A DNA stretch of 55,970 nt, filler included, from Sphacelaria rigidula (Eukaryota): NCBI GenBank assembly GCA_964200075.2. It is 6 parts of 6 records of this genome, joined end to end, with 100 filler letters (N's around TTAATTAATTAA, not from the genome) between each part and the next. Parts side by side here need not be neighbours in the genome. Positions count along the whole stretch, not along the records: positions 18,693 to 27,937 come from CAXNAA020008941.1; positions 28,038 to 37,282 come from CAXNAA020008942.1; 4 more parts are not named here. One strand, 5' to 3'. Shown here one piece after another: positions 24,146-34,785 of the stretch (position 1 is its first letter; every line of letters starts with the position of its first letter). Under the pieces are notes generated by a model. That model saw only the letters and a list, made by a program, of their open reading frames with translations. It made no database searches and had not been told where the DNA came from. The position numbers and the translations under genes are program-made.

Positions 24146-25029
24146 CAGCGACTACAGCCCAATAACTACGGTACTCTGCTCGACAACTGCCGGCTAAATA
24201 CTTACGCGTATTGCTTATGTATAGTAAAAGGTGTGACAACATCGAACATCCCGCCTCTTTCCTGCCTCTCATCATAGTACCGAGCTCCGAGCTGGGCCAG
24301 GCTAAGAACGGATTTAAGCTCTCAAAGCGATATCTCAACGACACAAACGAGTTGGGCCGTGATCCGCATATCGTATTAATCGTCTAATCAAGGGGAAGGT
24401 GCCCATCTGCTAAAAAATCTGGGCCAATTTTTTCTCGTCGAGTAAGCCCAATGTATAGTGATTCCTATACCTAGCGGAGATATCGTCCACACTAAAATCT
24501 ATATGAAACCCCGAACGATCGATCAAGCGGATGATGACGATTTTTGGTGTGGACCTTCCCTGGAGCACGGGGAGACGATATATACCTTCACTTTCACCTA
24601 ATTCGTTATCTATCTCGAGTAATGGCGCACATAAGTTTCTATACTAAAATCAGTATATTACGAGCAGAGGGAGTAGATGACCTAAATCTGGACATCGCGT
24701 CTCAGCTTTTGAGAGTTGTGCTATGAAATTTGATATGGAGAACCGCTACGTAGTGCATAATGAAATAAAAAGCACAGCTTTTTCGTTTTTTCTCATCTTT
24801 TTTCGTGTTCTTAGGGGGGTTTTGAGGAGAAATGAACATTGCTCTTGGGCCTCCTCTCAATTTTTCATCTCAATTTTTAGAATTGTGCTTTGAAACTTGG
24901 CATGGAAAACGACAGAGGTATGCTGAGTAAAAAAAAGGGGGGGCTTCATTTTTTTTTCATGAGAGGTTCGGGCGTTCTCGTGAAAAAATCATCGTTACGA
25001 TACTAAAACGCCCTCAATCAGTGAAAAAA

Positions 25030-25640
25030 AAAAATCAAACCCAACCTCACCCATTTTTCTTGGTTCATCACGACCTAGCAAGGTCCCGTACAAAGTTTCA
25101 ACTCACAAACACCAAACGTGGGCCGATAAACGGTCTGCAAAAATACTGGTCCGAATTTCCGCCGCCTCGGTTTTTCAAAGGTAGATTCGCAATTTTTTTC
25201 TTGTAGTAGGAAAGTGAACTTTGGCATAGACAATCAACAGGGCATGAAAAAAAGCTGTCTGTGAGGTCCCGGCGATTTTTTTTTTCGTGAATGAAAGACA
25301 AAAATCAGTTTTAAGGTTTTAGTAAAATACCCTTGACTCACGAAAAGAAAAGAAAAATCCTTGGGACCTCACAGACAGCTTTTCTCTTTTCTTCATGCCC
25401 GGTTGACTGTCCATATCAAATTTCACTGTTTAATATGTGTCACTACACAACAGAAGAATGCCGCCAGAGGGTTATGAGCCCTCGCCTCTCTGAGACAGCA
25501 GAGCGCTCTATCGATTAAGCTTCACATTATTTCCAAAAAAAAATGCGAATTCGCCTGCAAAGTACAAATCCGCTTATAGGCTGGCCCAGTCTGTATAATA
25601 GCTGGAGAAGCATATCATGTGACGAAGTTGGGTTGATATG
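25030..25640. mobile_element. Foldback/MITE-like nested inverted repeat
   Basis: Core arms 25214-25290 / 25338-25427 (agctgtctgtgaggtccc / gggacctcacagacagct), with weaker outer arms. Confidence 0.65.
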
Positions 25641-26025
25641 TCAAATAAAATGTCCACATATAATTCCACATGAACGAGGACAATGTATGTAGTGGTCCGA
25701 TACTGCAAATATATTTGATATCAGAGTACGTCATTGTATCGATGTGGGCTGATGTTTGATGTGCATCTCTATGCGTTGCCCGCCCCCCCCCCCATCAGAC
25801 GTGCATCTGAGGGTGTTATACTCCGTCATCTACTGGTAGTACTGTCTGCAGTATATTTTGTTAAGAATAAGAATTCGCTATCGGCAAGTTTTTGTTACAA
25901 GTGAGAACGGGAACAACCCGCACAAGCAACGATAAGCCAGCCCCCATTCATCTTTTACTCTTCATGATACACTGGATCCTAATCAAGTACGGTAGAGAAT
26001 TGTGGAGCAAGGCAAGCTCACTTAC

Positions 26026-26202
26026 CACCATGCCCCCCGTCTTTCCTTCAGCCAGCTGAAGGTAGAACTGCTGGAATCTCTCCTCAAACGTGGCAGTACC
26101 GCCTCGATCACCACCATGCCAAGGCTGCTTCGGCTCACCACCCGATATGTTGTATTGTTGTGGGGAATTTTTTCCTCCCGCGTATCCCCCGCCCCCCTCC
26201 AT
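26026..26202 (-). CDS. Probable first coding exon of an unknown gene
   Basis: MEGGGGYAGG...TATFEERFQQFYLQLAEGKTGGMV|gtaagt (consensus donor); divergent from the 26805 gene. Confidence 0.5.
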
Positions 26203-26804
26203 GATCCACTGTGGTGCTGATATAAGCAGTCCGTTCAGCGTGAGGCGACAGGGGTACAATAAATCCCAGTAAATGATGGTGTATGACACCCCCTGACGTC
26301 ATATATATTTTTTATTTTCCTCGTCAAGTAAACAGCAGCGCGCACGGTTGAAATCGGAAAATTGATGGAAAATGTGATCAAAGAAACGTATTCACATTGA
26401 ATCTCACTGGAAGGAAGACGACTAAAACCTGCTTGTTCGTGGAGAAAACAGACACATTTTTAAGCTACGAAGGTGGGGTGGGGTCGGGTGTTATATCCCG
26501 TTGACTCCTTCCGCTTTTAATGCACTGCGGGTCAGCGAAGACTGTCGAAATCCTGTGTCATTACGCGTCAACGTTAACCTGAGAAAAGCAACCACGCCGC
26601 CCCCTTTGTGTGGCGCATGCGTGGGCAACAGTGCTTATCTACGTGTAGCTCCGTTGTTGCTAGTGCGCAGAGGGTGATGTACCAGCCTTTAGCTGTATCC
26701 ATCAAACAAAAATACACAAAACCTTTTGCGCTTATCCCTTCGCATACTCTCACGCAATTGGGGGGAGGGTCAGCCCTTCCTTTCGTTGTGTGCATTCCTG
26801 AACC

Positions 26805-26949
26805 ATGTGGGGGTTCTTTGGGGGTCAGCAGAAGGGTGCTGCTGCGGCTGCCAGGGAGGACGCTAATGTTTCCCAGGAGTCACCGAGGAGGGAAGGGCTT
26901 GTGGACATGACTTCTCTCGATATCACATACATCACCCACCGTTTGGTTG
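26805..26949 (+). CDS. First exon of a PTEN/tensin-type phosphatase-domain protein
   Basis: MWGFFGG...LVDMTSLDITYITHRLV|gtgagt; LDxTYITxR(I/L) is the start motif of the tensin-type phosphatase domain. Confidence 0.65.
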
Positions 26950-27937
26950 GTGAGTGGAGTGTTTTGTGTCCTTATTTGCCATGCATTTTCCGTCTAATTG
27001 TATCGTACAGAAAACTGTAGTGGAGTGAAAACGGTCAGTACAGTACAATTGTACAACAGACATTGCAGACAGTATTGTGAACTCTATGGTACGCTTCCCA
27101 TCAAACACTTGGCAACTGTGCGGTACGCCCACTATAAATAGTACATTATGCATGGTACTGTTCTGTGAAGTACTACGGTGCAAGCAGTGCTGCAGACAGT
27201 ATGCCGTAGAGTTCATGCCCTCAAAGAACGTAGAACATAAAATCACCTACTATCAGACTTGTGCGCGTCTTTGATGCAAAACAGGGGGACTACACCATAC
27301 CTCTCTCGCTTGCACCTGCAGTACGGCCAAACATTTTGGTGGGAGCGTAGTTCAAAGCAAACTCTGTGCTTTTTGGTTCGGCAAGGAAGCACGGGTCTGT
27401 ATACAAAATTAAGGGGAACGGGGGGAGGGTAACAGGGGAGAGTGAAAATGGAGTGCTTCTATAATGCTCCCACACAGTCGCACATTCTTGAACGCATAAG
27501 AACCTTACCTATCCCACCGCACTGTCGACGTACTGTCGTCTGTGCAGTATGTCTTGTCACTGGTCGGTAGCGTGTGCAATGTGCAACACGAACAGTTAGG
27601 AAGGTCCTGTATTCGTCGTTGACTTCGTTGGTCTGCATTGGATGCGGTGTTCCTCGAAATTTATCCAGACTATGACACGCATCGCCTTGTTTGTAGATAT
27701 ACCTAGCCTGCTTTGCCAGCACCCTCTATGCGTCGTGGTCCTCTCTGTACAGTGCCCGCAGACCTTGTATGTGGATGACACCTTGGACCTTTTCCCGGCG
27801 CCGGCCCGGCGCCGCCTGGTGTAAGCGACAACGGCAGGGAACCACCTTCTCGGCTTCCTTTCCCCCCCCCCCCCCCCCCCCCAACCCCGCCACCAAAACC
27901 ACAACCACAACCCCCCCCCCCCGCCCCACACCACCCC

Positions 27938-28037
27938 NNNNNNNNNNNNNNNNNNNNNNNNNNNNNNNNNNNNNNNNNNNNTTAATTAATTAANNNNNNN
28001 NNNNNNNNNNNNNNNNNNNNNNNNNNNNNNNNNNNNN
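27938..28037. other. Assembly linker
   Basis: Same 100-bp N/TTAATTAATTAA linker. Confidence 0.98.
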
Positions 28038-29560
28038 ATCCCCCGCTTGCGTGTTTTTTTTGTAACATGATCTAGCTCGACTACCATCATGGTTACCGCA
28101 AAAACACGCAAGCGGGGGATGGGGGGGTGGGCAAAATGAGGTTATGTAGCAGTGGTTCACCCGCGTTCACAGCCCCGTGCTAGCGTCCGAGTACCTCTCT
28201 CAACCTCTACACGGAATCAACAGGCGGTCAAGGCAAGGTACCTGTGTATGTTTTTCTGTACCACACGTCGTGGAAGGGTGTGATTGTGCGTCAAAAGTGG
28301 CTGGCAGACATGCCCATGCTTTGCTGCACCAGCCCAGGTCGTGAACACGCGACTTCCTCCCCCCCCCTGGGATGATTCACCTGGTACATGCGATATGGTA
28401 GATAATAACACAAAACCCCTGCGTAGCCTCCCCCCCCCTCCACGGGCCTTTTTCGGGCGATTTTGTGGCTATGACTCCTGGGAATTGTGGATACGAGCCC
28501 CCTCGGTTCCATTGAAAAAGCCCATGCGGTACGAATTGCAGGATATCGGAGCGAGTTCGAGAGCTCACGATACAAGCGTGCTGGTCAGGGATGCGAGACA
28601 TCAGCGGGTGTCAACCAAGCACCCCACACGCACACGCACGCCTGGATAGACATACCAACAGCTCTCTACAGTGCAGTATCCTCATACTAGCAGCGAGTCG
28701 TATTTGGGGCAGTGTGGTACGCCTTAAGTTTCGTGTAGTCCCAGCTGTGCGAGCGGGAAAAATGCCAAAGCGGCGACCCACAGACAAACAAGAGCCCGGT
28801 CAAAATCGGAAATTGCGCATCATACATTGATTTTGCTTTTGAGTGCTGGAGAAAAGGTCGTCCACGCCTCAATTCTCCTTCATCTACATTCTATAGTGAG
28901 TGCTGGGGTTGTCCTGGTATGTCAAGCGCTGCTGATCTAGCAGTCGGCAACTTATCGGCACCAGCGTTTAGGTTGGGATGCCACCAAATCCTCAACCAAA
29001 TTTAGCGCAGACAACACGGTCTGTACGAAGTATCTGTACTCCGACCCTGTGGAAACGGAAGGTGTTTTCCCATCAGGGACTGCCCCGCTTAAGGCATATT
29101 CATTACTTGCCTACAATATGGCCCTCTGCTTCGAATGATTCATGACCTACTTCGCACGTGTGTCAGATGGCATTGCCGGCGCCCAATCGATGCAACCTTA
29201 TGCAGGAGGGGTGTGTGATTCGTGCCCAACAAGCTCAGCCTTGGCGGAAGCTGTAATCCCCGTCACAGGCGACACAGAAGCGAGACATAAATTTCCTATG
29301 GGAAAAGAGGTTGCAACTTTCGTTCCATCGGCTCGATTTCCGGAATGTTGTGTATCGCCTCTTTTTTTATTCGAGTATGGGTTGCAACACAGGTGAGTAG
29401 GTGGTACGTGGACCCACACTGTTCAAATATCACACAGTGCACAATAAATTACATTATTGAAAAGTGTACTGCTTACAGTATGGATGTATTGTCTTTGTAA
29501 TAAACTCAATATTCGATAATCTTGTACACAGTATACTTTTCGACAGCGTAATCAATTTTC

Positions 29561-30030
29561 CAGGGCTCTTCGTGTTACACGTTACACGTTACGTCACAAA
29601 CGTGACGTCTTGAAAATTATACGTCACGTCACACTTTGTGACGTCTAAAATAAAATACGTTACGTCACGTCACAATTTCTTACCGGTACGTCACGTCACG
29701 TCACAGTAACGTATTTTGAAACGTTTATTGTGACGTGTAACGTAAAATATATAACATGCGTTACGTTTGTGACGTGTGACGTGAAAAGAAACATTACACT
29801 TCGACCGTGTTGAGGGCAAATGAACGCTACGTACGATGTTGTAACGTCTCATGCAGCGTAGCTTGGTACGGGAGGATCATGGTGACGTTTGTGACGTTCA
29901 TTCCGACGTCACAAACATGTAACGTATAAAATACGTTACGCGTTGAAACAAACGTCACAAAATACGTTGATATGGCGTTTTAAAAATACGTCACGTCACA
30001 TCACAATTTTTTTCCGGTAGGTCACGTGAC
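29561..30030 (+). mobile_element. Non-autonomous DNA element dense in ACGTCAC/GTGACGT motifs (hAT-like CAGGG start)
   Basis: Begins cagggctcttcgtgttacacg; many acgt(c/t)ac motifs in both orientations; right TIR not found. Confidence 0.55.
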
Positions 30031-30047
30031 ATTGTGGTACAAGTCAA

Positions 30048-30820
30048 CCCTTTTGGGACTGGGCCTCCAGAGCGACCAAGGAGGCTGGTTAGGAATGACG
30101 TGTCCTGCACATGCATGAAACAGTGGCTTCATGTTGCTAAAAAGAGACGTACGTATGTAACCGCAGGGTAAGAGGAAGACCAAAAGTTCCATCCAATCTA
30201 TCTTCAGGTGCAGGTACAAAGTGCCTGTGCTAGAACTCGGGTGTTGTGCACATCAGGTAATGTACAGATCTTTCAAGCAGTATGAGTCGCCGTGGAGAGT
30301 TTTCAGCAGGATGTGGCAACCGCCGCCCGCCACTTGTGGCCTTGGATAGTGTCCCCATCATCTTGTCACACAACCCTTTGTGGTCGGGATGGGCGGCGAT
30401 TTCCCTCCTTGTTGCAAGCGGCAAATTCTCTTCGAACGGCATGGGTGTTGCGCCGCAGGAACAGTACAGTACACCTCTTCGGATGCAGCAGCAGCTGCCG
30501 CTGCATACTCCCTCACATGTTCCGGGCAGTTCTGCGCGACGGAGATCAGCTGCCTATGCACAGCTTGTTCGTTCCCGTCGATTACAAACAACCTCACCGC
30601 CGCTTGTACCGCTTCGACAGAGGGATACGCAAAACTCATGCCTCCAGCTCCGTCTCTCGTGCCACAGCGTTGCTAGGTTCAGTCGCCTTGTGAACATGAC
30701 CACATATATAGTAGGGTACATTTCTTGCCCAATTTACCCCGAGCACTCTCTGTTAGTGTAATCAAATAGGTCGGACCTACCTATAAAAGGCAAGTAAATG
30801 ATAAAAAAATCGGGAATCCG
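30048..30820 (-). mobile_element. piggyBac-like element carrying decayed unknown coding sequence (copy A)
   Basis: tcaa|CCCTTTTGGGACTGG end at 30048; interior homologous to 45810-46626. Confidence 0.6.
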
Positions 30821-30859
30821 AGCCCCGACCACTCGGATTTTCTTCTGAGCTTTATCTTT

Positions 30860-31100
30860 TCCCCTTGTTTTCGATACCCCACCTTCCTTCTGCGGTGCTT
30901 GCCTTTTACATTTTTTATCGCGAGAGGGGTTGAGCAGTCCCTTTCCCTCGTCGACCGTTAAGTCGAATTTTGTGTCCCCACGACATAGTCGCTCTCCACT
31001 GTTGGGCATGGTGCGAGAAAAAATCCCAGATCGCTCCGAGAATTGACCCAACCGTCAGAAGGTTTCGTGGTTACCAACTGAGCCACCGGGGCGATCGGCT
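30860..31100 (-). mobile_element. tRNA-derived SINE (3'-truncated, B box eroded)
   Basis: Minus strand gccccggtggctcagttggtaaccacgaaaccttctgacgg...; body matches 39012-39250. Confidence 0.82.
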
Positions 31101-32521
31101 AAGTATGCACCACACAATGCGCAGTATGGAACTCTCGCAAAATATTAGGGCTGTGAACTGGAGTTTAACTGGAACTGGTGATGAGAACTCCAGTTTATCC
31201 AGTGTATTTGAAGTTTGCCGTTACCGGCTATATTTATACCATTTTTAGTGTAGTGAGTTTATAAAAAAAGATGCTTGCATGATTACGGACAAAATGACAG
31301 TAGAATTGGGGTCTGCACCTGACAACAGTACAGGTGCAGATAGTAGAGTACAGTACTCGTGGTCACTACACCTCGAAGTGATATTGCGGATATATGCCAG
31401 GTTTGTCGTTTCATAGCACATCTGGAATCAACAATAGCAAGCAAACGGTGATCCGCGACCACAAAATACAAAGTACACCATGGCTTGTAGTTCAAGTACA
31501 TGCGTGGTTGTGGGTCCCGACGTGAATCATCTGCGCTCTTATGCCCGCGTGCTGCTAGCCTTGGCTTGTTTGCATCCTCCTCTCCTCACGGAGAATCTGC
31601 TGCTGCATATTACAGATGAATGGTTTCGAATCGCTCACCGGTTTGGATGGGAATTGAATGTCATCCGGGAGTCCCATTTTTTTAATCTTGGAGTTTTTTT
31701 TTTTTGGGGGGGGGGGGTTACAAAATCCCATACATGAAATAAATAAATTAAAAAATAAAGAAATAAACTAAAAAGAATATAAAAAATAAAATTCGTATTG
31801 ATGAAGCTTTAATTCTTCGCTTATCTTCGGAGCCAAGTAAGGCCAAGTTATATTTATGGCTTTCGGCAATACATTGCACATCACACTTCCACTACAAGAA
31901 CAAGACGAGACAAATCCCACCATGCTCTGCAATGCTTGCTCAATCAAGCTAAACGCATCTATCCGCACCGTCAATTTGCGTCCGATTTGCGTCGCATCTT
32001 GTAGTGGCAGATAGGGCCAACAATCATGGGCGCTACCTCATCCAAGTCGCCCCAAAATGACTGTTTTTTGAGTATTCCTTTGATGTGAAAAAAAAAACAC
32101 CTACGACCACCGGAGAACCCCCTCTCCCCCCCTCCGAGAGGTCTGGGAGTTTTGTTTTGGGCACTCCTGTGTCATCCAAGACTTTGAGCTACTCAATGTG
32201 AGGGGTCACAATTTCTACATTTCTCCACATTTTTGAAGGAAAAACAAACCAAATAACGTATTTTTTCTTGCCTCCGGCGGCGCTCCCGCGGGCCCCCCTC
32301 ACCAGCCGGGGGGGGGCGTTGGCGGCTCGCGGCTTCTCCGATTAACTGGAAAACAATCGATGTACTGGCCGCGCCAGCGGCCAGTACAAACTTGACTGAC
32401 CAAAACAGCCAGTTCATACTGTAGCCCTAAAAAAATGGTTTCATGGGTGCACTGAATAGATTATCATCGGGTTGAAAGTGCCGGGGTAGTTCGAGCACCG
32501 GAATAAAGTATTACTACCTAC

Positions 32522-32770
32522 GACTGCTGCCGAGATAGCCCCCCATCGAACCGGCCAAAAAAGTGCACGGAGGCGATGATCATAAATACCGTTAGAACTG
32601 GTTTCGTGCTGCACGACGCGACTCATTTGAGCGTTATACCTGGTTTCAGACTGCTACATGCCTCTCATGTGGGCGAGATCGCTGCAAACGGACCCAATAG
32701 TGGGATCGCAGCCGGTTTGTCAGACGGTCTCCGGTGCACTTTTTGTGGAGGGGCTATCTCAGCTTTAGTC
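32522..32770. mobile_element. MITE with GACT termini, 4-bp TSD CTAC
   Basis: ctac|gactgctgccgagatagccc...gggctatctcagctttagtc|ctac; second copy at 43947-44276. Confidence 0.85.
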
Positions 32771-33224
32771 CTACTTATAAACCATACGTTGAGGCTGGGT
32801 ACCAACGTGCTTTGCATAGGTCTGCTACTAACGTACTCTCGGGTACTGTACTACGCAGTACGCGACCTCTTCGGAAAGCGTTCTTGAAGTGAATTCCACT
32901 TCTGTTGTACCCAACACTTTTATCGTATGCCATTACTGTAACTGTACAGTGCAACGCGAACACTATTGGCAACAGCACTTCCATCCCACGACGCAAGCAT
33001 GCACAAACTCAGCTGCTGTGGCAGTGCAAATGACCGCGTGGATCTGATGCTGCTCTACCAGTGTAGACACCCCATTCCAGCACACTACTTGTACGCGAAG
33101 AGAACGGCGGTGAGTTTCATCCCCTGCGAAAGGAGAAAGGAAAACAAATTGATCAACGTCCGTTTACATCAATTTTCAAATTCAAATTTTGCATGTTGCC
33201 CATTTTTTCGTGTTTTTTTGTCAC

Positions 33225-33823
33225 CTGAGCCTCAAGCACAGCGGCACGCTTGTTCTCCTCACGCCTCAAGCGATACTCCTGCCTCACGGCCGCGGCATGC
33301 TGTCGACTCTGTTGTCTGACCTGCTCCAGCCGTTTCAACCGCAGCCTCTTCTCCACCTCTCGCCTTGCGGCATCGGCTTCGGCAGTGCTGCTATACCGTA
33401 GAGGTCCATGCTTGCTGGGGTGCAGACGGATTTTTAAAAAACAGAGGAAGTACAGACGTAAATGCTCCATCATATTTGGCTTACGGAGCCGTTCAAGGGA
33501 AGGCAACTATTGCACAACATCGTCTATTGTCGTTATCAAGCAGTCTACAACCACTCTGTCGTCGCTGTCGCTGTCGCTGTCGCTGTTGCTGTTTGGCGTG
33601 CCTTGTCTCAAGGGGGGGGTAAGGTGTACAATCCTCACCATCCCGTACAGTACGCGACTCACTTGCTGTTCCCAGCTCCGCCTACTCGACCACCACCTGC
33701 TGCAGCCGCACCTCCACCTACTGCAGCCGCCACCCCACCCCCTCCACCGTTACCAGTTCTTCCGCCTGCTGGGCGATCGCCTTGACCCACACGCACGCGG
33801 CTGTCTCTCCTTGACCTAGGCAT
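33225..33823 (-). CDS. First two exons (33823-33663, 33414-33225) of a CEP295/Ana1-like coiled-coil centriolar protein
   Basis: ATG 33823; gtgagt donor and ccccag acceptor, phase 2 compatible; LRYSSTAEADAARREVEKRLRLKRLEQVRQQSRQHAAAVRQEYRLRR resembles the CEP295 N-terminal RxxRLxQVRxQ motif (from recall). Confidence 0.55.
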
Positions 33824-34200
33824 CGCGGAGCACAACGTAATCTGTTGCCTATACCGATATACTCCAACACACCGGAGGTGATATTTGCCTTACTGTGACC
33901 GATCAGACTCGTGATCGAAGATGAGTCAATACAGCACGAGACACAGGGGTGTCTGTTTGCATAGGAATGGGCTAACAACTAGAGCAAAACGACAATTAAG
34001 AAACAAAAATAACCATGTAGCAACATCGTGTTAGTTTGCAAATGTGTAATTTTGCCTAGGTTGGGTGTGCCTTAGTCTGGATAATGGTAAAAGGTATTGC
34101 GATCAAAGAAACATGCGTCCGGGTTTTACGAGACAGATCCGACAGAACATCTGGCTACAGCAAGATGGGGAAATCAGTCAAGAACCTGCTCATGATAGGA

Positions 34201-34379
34201 ATGCGATACCCGCTGGTGATGCTATTGTGTGCACTCGAGATATCCACTGCTTTCATGATTGGTTCGAGCGGCTGTCGTGCAGTGTCAGCATCCGTCCGTG
34301 TAACGGTTGCTCCCGGTGGGATCGGGGTCCGGTGGGCTAGAGCGTACCCCCAACAATCATGTGGTGCAGACATCTGCAG
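34201..34379 (+). CDS. Probable first exon of a plastid-targeted protein (bipartite presequence)
   Basis: MRYPLVMLLCALEISTA-FMIGSSGCRAVSASVR...: signal peptide ending in an ASAF-like site, then an S/A/R-rich transit peptide; donor cag|gtacga. Confidence 0.45.
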
Positions 34380-34785
34380 GTACGAGCGTTCAGTGTGTTT
34401 ATTTATTCAGGGATGGTGTACTACATGCAGTTGAGGAGCATGGGAGACGGTGCATGTCGTCTTACTGAGCACTCATATACTGTGAGCAGTACAGTCGGTA
34501 CCGGAAATGATTAGGCAGTACAGGCAGTTGACGATGGATACCACCCCTGTATGGTTTAATCCGCCTGGTGCTGTGTCACTTTCTTAAAACTCTCCGTACA
34601 AACGAGACTAAGTGGAGTCAATATGATCGAGGATGCTAAGATGGTACCGATTGCGACGCTAGTACGTAGCTCCAGATCATCGTTGTAGCCACTACCCCGA
34701 AGAGCTTTGTCTAAATCTGCCTGAACCCACGCGCAAACTCATTACCCAGCTCTGGGACAGCGAATGCGCGTACAAATGTCCGTTA

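Noticed and set aside
27298..27396. Minus-strand exon-like stretch (tatacag...gtatgg)
   Set aside because: No recognisable protein, and it would lie antisense in the intron of the PTEN-like gene; unsupported.
32576..32887. Hydrophobic ORF repeated at 44031-44354
   Set aside because: It lies within the non-coding GACT MITE; the similarity is nucleotide-level.
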